From NCBI GenBank assembly GCA_965660855.1, contig CBFIBM010000001.1, forward strand, positions 224,001 to 288,000: a stretch of 64,000 nt of DNA, in the 5' to 3' direction. Both the position numbers and the translations under genes were made by a program. Position 1 is the stretch's first letter; every line of letters begins with the position of its first letter. This document shows positions 61,401 through 64,000 of this stretch, in pieces. The notes beneath the pieces were generated by a model. The model was not told the DNA's origin. It ran no database searches and was given only the letters and a program-made list of their open reading frames with translations. The DNA comes from an uncultured bacterium. Its GTDB lineage: Bacteria > Fidelibacterota > Marinisomatia > Marinisomatales > UBA1611.

Positions 61401-62157
61401 CCACACATATGTTAGCGATCTAAGTTTTGAGTCCTCAGGAAATTACTCTGTTGATATTTTTGCAAATGCTTCTGTTGGTGATACTACAATCAATGAATAT
61501 TTTGCATTAGTTGCAGGTAAATCTGCCTCTAGATGGGTTGGACGTAGTTTTGACGGTAATTTTGGTGTTTCTGGAGATCCAGGTGCAGTAAGCCATGATC
61601 AACCATTTTTAATTGCTGATTCAACTTTGTTTATAAATAATTTTCATGATAGAGCATCTTATATTTTTGGAAATGAGGATATCTCATTTAATAAGGCAAT
61701 AGAAGTTAGGCTTCGTAGTAAAAGAGATGACTTAGCAATATATAGAAGAAAAAATGGAGTAGTCTGGGAAGAATTGCCCTCTATATCAATTGAAAATGAA
61801 ATTTTTACCTTAACAGAAAAAGCAGGTTATTTTAAATTGGGTCCAAAAACTTTAATTGTACCAGAAAAGACTAATATACACCAAAATTACCCGAACCCGT
61901 TTAATCCGACAACAAAGATAAGCTATGATATTGGCTTAATGGATGGGCTTAGTCAGAATGTCTCTATAGATGTATATAATCTACTTGGTCAGCATGTAAA
62001 ATCTCTTATCAGAGATATTGATCAAATAGGTCAATATACAATACAATGGGATGGTCAGGATTCTTTTGGTCAGCAAATGTCATCTGGTGTGTATTTTATC
62101 CAATTGAAAACAAAAACTGGAATAGTTAAAAATAAAAAAATGATGTTATTAAAATAA
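49414..62157 (+). CDS. Giant (4247 aa) secreted surface protein: tandem bacterial Ig-like domains, cadherin-like domains, C-terminal T9SS-CTD/FlgD-like domain
   Basis: Signal peptide LIFG|Q; repeated DxAGN...D(T/K)TAP; DSG..NxDNIT..TPT repeats; VRPINDPP; QNYPNPFNPTT...WDGQD...SSGVYF...KMMLLK. Confidence 0.85.
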   Translation: MYKSYNSKYLSVVLFLFFQSGLIFGQAIDFYPAGQVADGDNIYNINSTVATNGPFSGSNAGGVWVTGSSLEYTSWDVQIQFDGGAFTTINGDGSNDDNASANGQSFGSATVRPTADGDLNIWFSHAEIAATSGYPGTVDGINISFRIRKVSDGSTLPTSPQDYAFDLVAPTLTSASIASDNDNTSWAKSGDNITITLTAPSGSDGENLGTSDQWSTSIQGLGASVSGSGLVWTVSATVSSHPEGTVYFQITYYDAYENPGTVLTAVVGNTSQVIIDKTPPNISATILSDDNTNNTQYLATTGDDVTLTITATDDDGGAEIIQVPTVTIDGNTPTGSNLSVPASSYTAYRTMQAGDTQGDVGFAITGIKDRAGNTATNVTAVTSGSNVRFDSAVPTINSLTVASNNAIASNKATIGDVITISFASTGNESLQTPVVTIDGEDALEQQNGNAYTWTATKTMDAEDTERLTQFSLNFKDLAANSGTALDHGDITAGTLVDFDATPPTINSETASTTNSYDNTLAILNQVISIDIVSAEELYSIKDVLIAGKAVADQVTAATNVTDWTINHVVDGTEADGYVGYSYTAVDLAGNETNVVKSSSSIRIDNSKPVLNTVTIISNNTNTAYAKIGDVATINIVANEALRISPVVSIQGRTATIAAAGDGITFTATHTFDNTDTEGLVAFQIDFENAFGLAGDRIIDDGTGSTTNNGATVRFDRTAPTLNPVTVTSNNNNSSYAKVGDIVTLSFTSIEAIQDPPTVVFLSTPGDNRAGTVSGSGTSWNATYTMQNSDTEGDVDFYIDFVDIAGNTGVRETSLSSGSEIIFDRDIPELTTVDISSSNANPALSKVGDVITLAITSDEDIQIPTVTIAGTTIASENITGNDGERNFTATYTMQSSDNTTAAIGFTIDFADLANNLGTQKTAIVNDGDGLGVGFDKQAPGLNIVTILSNNDNRAGTGNKTGLAIVNDIITLNFESDEDLKTGVTPAVLIAGNAATVVRNANNDFTATYQMASDDDTDGANITISISNLVDPSGNTPASAITTTTDGSYVKFDKTNPILGSITIASNNLNNTLAIEGQVVTLTFASSEDIGTPTVNILGGAATVTNVADSSNWVATKTVGGADSEGVVGFSIAYSDKAGNNGTTRTDLTGGGDPVTVDLTVPQITKASIATNNSTGDELSVPGDVVTLEIETSEAIQTPTVTIATQTATVSQGADALTWTATYAMTTNESNGAVPFAIDFTDLSGNQGNGGASYTALLNDDDGNSVSFDKTQPELDYVNIQSDNTLPAYARVGSEVTLGFESNEALSSYAVTINGNTVAVSYDAVADRYSAAYTLVDGDSEGDVTFTIDYTDLNGYQGVQQTETLDDSNVEFDKTPPQMDVLTYSSNNANMTSMAKEGDVITVNLEADENLQSPTITLAGNASGTPVVGGTNAIWSSAYTVPSLSDGVVALQVDFKDYAGNSGTRQVAPLTGSAVTYDGTAPTLGTVTFVSNNSYSTAKAKLFDEVTLTIAADESIQTPTITISGTSITPTMGLNSENWVATYILQESDAEIDIPFTVDFNDLADNAGTQVIATTGGEVVNYDNTAPVTTGLVVDLKDASDTGLSNSDNITTVLTPTFEIQNLTSGPASATGEKLILNINGTDYDSLTITVNAMSISVPDATPLTNNVLPYTVTAYIRDLAGNLSLASTSSISLTIDTEAPLTNAEINLVDGSDSGSDNADNITSDNTPTLEVNGLADGEIYTVIVEYDLEGGASDQVVVNDLMSQAVTDQFTTTALSDGVYTFTYKLVDTAGNTSLESDPLAVTIDRTQPAISSAPDLVDVFDTGTLDSDNLTNLENLQFSVSNLVVGETLTIYNDADDSVLGSKTITAVTETITINGFTEGAHTVYARLTDLAGNQCGESGALSFTVDITAIDVTGITLDLNTADDSGTRSDDDLTNINTPTFTLATVSINDIVHLYADGSLVGSATSIGSSVEVTSSTLVDNPYEMSFTVTDYAGNVSLVSGNTLDITIDTTPWGTLKDLVLVTDTGVDNADNITNDQTPTFNIPSDLDFAELDMIRLYRNNGVSTTLIHSERKLASTTSHSITVPNASALGEGSYDFRYDIVDYAGNVSLATSASLSITIDVTPPLYSQNTPDLSDNTDTGGDSSDPTDPLTIDNLTNSSTLTVTLGGYTTGDYAVLSYSYGGVITVVEDYSLVEAGDAGSKTFSFPHVGEGTYSILSNASDAAGNLTGTTALTVTVDTTPPDANLVVLDLVDGSDTGGDPLNGSDPLTIDNITNDTTPDITISGVSSLDSVIVHNNDVNNSGKARGLPTGTTITLTQDFTSAADAQINMHVTLKDLAGNESVASPVPLVLTLDTTAPLSGTTPTLPDLTDATDTGEYPSDNKTYLQNPSFDLDLTGVFEADSIILFAQTGIIKSTVGRSIKILNDQTASITVGEGGVAVGTKLSEASDYIITYKLKDAAGNISSESAPLNPLHIDITYPAVPGNPDLESAYDTGKSDSDNITNASNVFIDMPGIEPGLIGKLYTFSDVGDDGIAGTGDTGENDGIFNFEDYGLDATPGTNDFGEGNGAYDEGENSAESPTIVVADYSGDNPNFDNWFLNDWDLSGNDSDCGCLDGTLTYNYETAPNDSVAIGFFTIHEDLVGHRKQSSNALIIQADRKIPLQLATVTYSDADFLVNSTNILRYTFTYPEELDSSIEPPTFDLRFPTEAPTLENQPLVYSGSNNVWYYDLNLSGYSGENGLIIAQNHSARDVAGNSIVAPLWTDITIDNLPAEFTQISPDTGSFNNVLNNFSWILSEDLDPAQTNVINFYQNNTVVTTYPLSGTELLAGIRAIGELGIGFSIADGMYTISFETVDVVGNVGKVDLENYSYDTKNPSVSMSYSREVVTADSIVTITATFDEPVKSSPVIHLTAMDSLIAGANHIEAEMTLPGGCECLDNNGILIPECDPAIDEATCTDVNGFNANWDPDYFGVDDSTIWIYHYTAPDIDEVNLSITNSGVVDVWIIANDLAANPLYMNDNAVNGTTSGYTNSKPLYVDNDKTIPTYSYVNLTNSSIVDAAGNPTNYAGAGGDIIEITITLNQPILTNNPIPELRYSYGSGSGDGISDVTFVSVADVEDGIDPSSIDPLTEANRIWKWNLLIPDLLEWDGEIDFNLYARDLANVLISDINEVDDKSFIVDNIHPADFQTGTVTVAGENPVQGYITGFINQISVAVPIPTQAEDPTIINGEVKVEFFNLNRGVDWVTIGTNSDITEVGDLVFTRNLTDLYAVMTQDVDIITGDQISVRASLIDRNGNVTIGSESAMQMAYDPTAPVMGSITGGNFSGESSPQYSNDLINLEWSEFLESDPGESGVQKYEILIRKLADGDCDCLDSDGNIIAECESTVDYTTCVSDVEDGGFASNWSIEDIADSVLIDWTEVLPPTTSFSYEPVLEHNNKYRAFVRAIDVAGNISSTLSSEILFRLNSAPIISSLESAILNEDFFWSDTIKFTDLDLNIQQNDQFTFEVITTLQEGATAFLEEGVAQGGSVSEIIFSESAVPQDNFYKGNVVTLLGGVEDSVRTILDYDGTTKVATISEGLNDWTSPPIQGSQYKITRGSVSINAYTPEEGDSGIDRYAILSWKPTQVDVNSYDLSIRVNDAYNHADTLPLVLTVRPINDPPVFVIADDNKTIEWREDTSSVLPATLNLSRYMYDVDNDMTNEDEINWTAIIYDTSQIDEDFPYGQVFVKPGTPKHIQARLLRDNIGFDIYDMDSKGSNKISRRTLELMNSSVVNDPLINITFTMTAADSTIATFFSAPNYYGSNHMVVFEVSDLDGAAARDTITVNVLPENDPPLITTLENAFVAENDSINLEFGSFTTDIDDTSLTFTIEAFRANRQTGEVILNESGLPIPQDSITIFPNTFISHNVGDSVLFIPDKLWSHKAIIQVVASDGVSSDTSSFTLDVERVLRPHLTVALIQNTAFSRFLQVIVTDTASKATNISMEIQNQDIEIDTIAAHTYVSDLSFESSGNYSVDIFANASVGDTTINEYFALVAGKSASRWVGRSFDGNFGVSGDPGAVSHDQPFLIADSTLFINNFHDRASYIFGNEDISFNKAIEVRLRSKRDDLAIYRRKNGVVWEELPSISIENEIFTLTEKAGYFKLGPKTLIVPEKTNIHQNYPNPFNPTTKISYDIGLMDGLSQNVSIDVYNLLGQHVKSLIRDIDQIGQYTIQWDGQDSFGQQMSSGVYFIQLKTKTGIVKNKKMMLLK

Positions 62158-62933
62158 TGAACCTTAAAAAATTAAAAATAAATCAAGTTATGTCGTTGTG
62201 TTTTATTTGTTTAATACTTCTAAATTGTAGAGGTGAGGTAATCGCGACAGATACAGATCTTTCAAGTTATGGATGGGCTTTATATGAAGATGGGGAATAT
62301 ATAGAAGCTCTTGATTGGTTTAAAGAATCCATAAAATCGGATTCAAATCATTATGATGCATATAATGGTGCTGGGTGGACAATGGGCCAATTGCGACAAG
62401 CAGATCAAGCGATTGATTATTTTAGTTCTTATCTGGAAAAGGATTCCTCAGATTTTCAGGATAAACTAGATTTTTATGCAGGATTAAGCTTTGGTTATAG
62501 CGCTGTTGGAAATGATGCTAAAGCTTTAGAATATGCTAAAACTTACTTTTTTGGTACTCAAAATTCAGATCTTGGTGACCCCAATTGGTGTTTTTGCCAT
62601 AAAACAGATATAAATATGTTGGATGTTAGATTAATTCTAGCAATATCAGAATTTAGATTAGGGTTATTTCAAAACTCGTTAATAACAATAAATGATACAT
62701 ATAATGAACTTGGGTATGCTGATGGTGATTCTTTAAAAAATGGTGAAGTTAAGGGTGTGAGAGAATTAAATGATGCATATCCACTTGAGTATGATGTTTC
62801 AACAATTTCTGGTCGTACATTTATGGCTAATCATCTTGAAATCTTACAAAGAAAATTAGCGAGTAGTAATGGTGAAAATAATTTAAGTTGTAATGAAAAT
62901 AATGGTTTAGGTGGAGGTTATTGCGACCAATAA
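62157..62933 (+). CDS. TPR-containing lipoprotein
   Basis: LLNC lipobox; GWALYEDGEYIEALDWF and DAYNGAGW TPR-like helices; TAATG coupling to the giant gene. Confidence 0.7.
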   Translation: MNLKKLKINQVMSLCFICLILLNCRGEVIATDTDLSSYGWALYEDGEYIEALDWFKESIKSDSNHYDAYNGAGWTMGQLRQADQAIDYFSSYLEKDSSDFQDKLDFYAGLSFGYSAVGNDAKALEYAKTYFFGTQNSDLGDPNWCFCHKTDINMLDVRLILAISEFRLGLFQNSLITINDTYNELGYADGDSLKNGEVKGVRELNDAYPLEYDVSTISGRTFMANHLEILQRKLASSNGENNLSCNENNGLGGGYCDQ

Positions 62934-63411
62934 TTTATTGATTGAGTTATCCAAAACAGACTCAGAATGGATGGACTCTGCAATTAGAATGGCAGAAAAA
63001 GCATTCTCTAAAAGTGAAGTTCCTGTTGGTGCAGTAATTGTAAAAGATAACAAGATAATTGGTAGAGGAAGCAATCAGACTCAAGCTTTAAATGATCCCA
63101 CAGCGCACGCAGAAATTATAGCGATAACCGCAGCATCATCTTCTTTAAATGATTGGCGACTAAATGGCGCAAGTATTTATGTTACAAAAGAGCCATGTGC
63201 TATGTGCGCTGGAGCAATAATGAATGCTCGTTTATCTAATTTAATTTTTGGTGCTTATGATGATAAAAAAGGTTGCTGTGGTTCTCTTTATCAACTTTGT
63301 GGAGACTATAGATTGGATAGTAAAACATCTGTGAGAGGCGGAGTGAGGGAGGAAAGCTGTCAGCAATTATTGAAGGCTTTCTTTTCAAAAAAACGAAAGC
63401 CCTCAATATAG
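62911..63411 (+). CDS. tadA: tRNA adenosine(34) deaminase
   Basis: EVPVGAVIV, DPTAHAE, EPCAMCAGA; start uncertain. Confidence 0.9.
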   Translation: MEVIATNNLLIELSKTDSEWMDSAIRMAEKAFSKSEVPVGAVIVKDNKIIGRGSNQTQALNDPTAHAEIIAITAASSSLNDWRLNGASIYVTKEPCAMCAGAIMNARLSNLIFGAYDDKKGCCGSLYQLCGDYRLDSKTSVRGGVREESCQQLLKAFFSKKRKPSI

Positions 63412-63427
63412 TATTTTTTTCTGGTAA

Positions 63428-63817
63428 TTAATTTTTAGTCAAAACAAATTTTTCTGATTCGAATTTCCCATTTTTTATATTACCTTCAATCTCTGCAACT
63501 CTCACAGCATTACAAAATCCATCCTTAGCATGTGAATTACCATGATCGTCAATGTTTGTACCTTTCACAGAAAATACATTTTCGTTAATTTTTATTGCAA
63601 GACTACAGTCTTTTTCATTTATCATTCCAAAATTACACATTCCGCAAGATGCTAGAGCTAGACCTTTTACTTTACCAGATTTGCTAACTGTTTTGATAAA
63701 ATCAGAGGAAGCAGCAGGGGCTGTAATTGATTTTTTTGATACTTTACAAGATGCACAGCCAGCATAAACGGTTTGTAATGTTAATAAAATAGAAAGACTG
63801 AGTATGAATTTTTTCAT
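63428..63817 (-). CDS. DUF6370-like secreted Cys/His-rich small protein
   Basis: Signal peptide, CASC, CGMCNFGM, IDDHGNSHAKDGFCNA; AGGAG RBS. Confidence 0.65.
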   Translation of the reverse strand: MKKFILSLSILLTLQTVYAGCASCKVSKKSITAPAASSDFIKTVSKSGKVKGLALASCGMCNFGMINEKDCSLAIKINENVFSVKGTNIDDHGNSHAKDGFCNAVRVAEIEGNIKNGKFESEKFVLTKN

Positions 63818-64000
63818 TTAAAACTCCTATTAAATATATTGTTACACTAAAATTACAACAATAATTACCCTTTTGATGCACTAAAATAATATCAATGATA
63901 AATATTTTAAAAGATTATAAATTTAATTGACTCTGGTAATTCATCAGCGACGTTAAATTAAAAACTAGATTAGGACATCAATCAATATATTTTATTAAAT

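Noticed and set aside
47975..63411. Giant-gene block as an island inserted between tRNA-Arg(ACG) and its modifying enzyme tadA
   Set aside because: No second copy of the tRNA-Arg 3' end was seen, and tadA abuts or overlaps the TPR gene, leaving no boundary. The proximity may be coincidental.

Overview
AT-rich bacterial window in genetic code 11. The gene content (dockerin-like, Ig-like and T9SS-CTD-like secreted proteins, signal peptides cleaved before Gln, a DUF4295-like gene) suggests the FCB superphylum, possibly Ca. Marinimicrobia; this is inference. About 1-33 kb is mostly housekeeping (namZ-like, MFS, acs, pepA, smpB, tyrS, ABC transporter, csp, dcp, gltX, glnS, two tRNA-Ser), plus a ~2.2 kb att-flanked mini-island at tRNA-Ser(TGA). 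The main discovery is the 34.1-47.9 kb locus, a duplicated TlpA / DUF6029-like outer-membrane barrel cluster with five secreted thioredoxin-fold proteins carrying TSP3 and dockerin-like tails. Three of the five are split in the ORF track by an in-frame TGA exactly at the first Cys of the CxxC motif (U-P-Y-C, U-P-S-C, U-P-S-C). Each TGA is followed by a SECIS-like hairpin that the two Cys paralogues lack, so these are very probably unannotated selenoproteins. After tRNA-Arg(ACG) come a tyrosine-integrase remnant, an operon with a 4247-aa Ig-repeat surface protein, and tadA. All family assignments come from motif recognition, not database searches.
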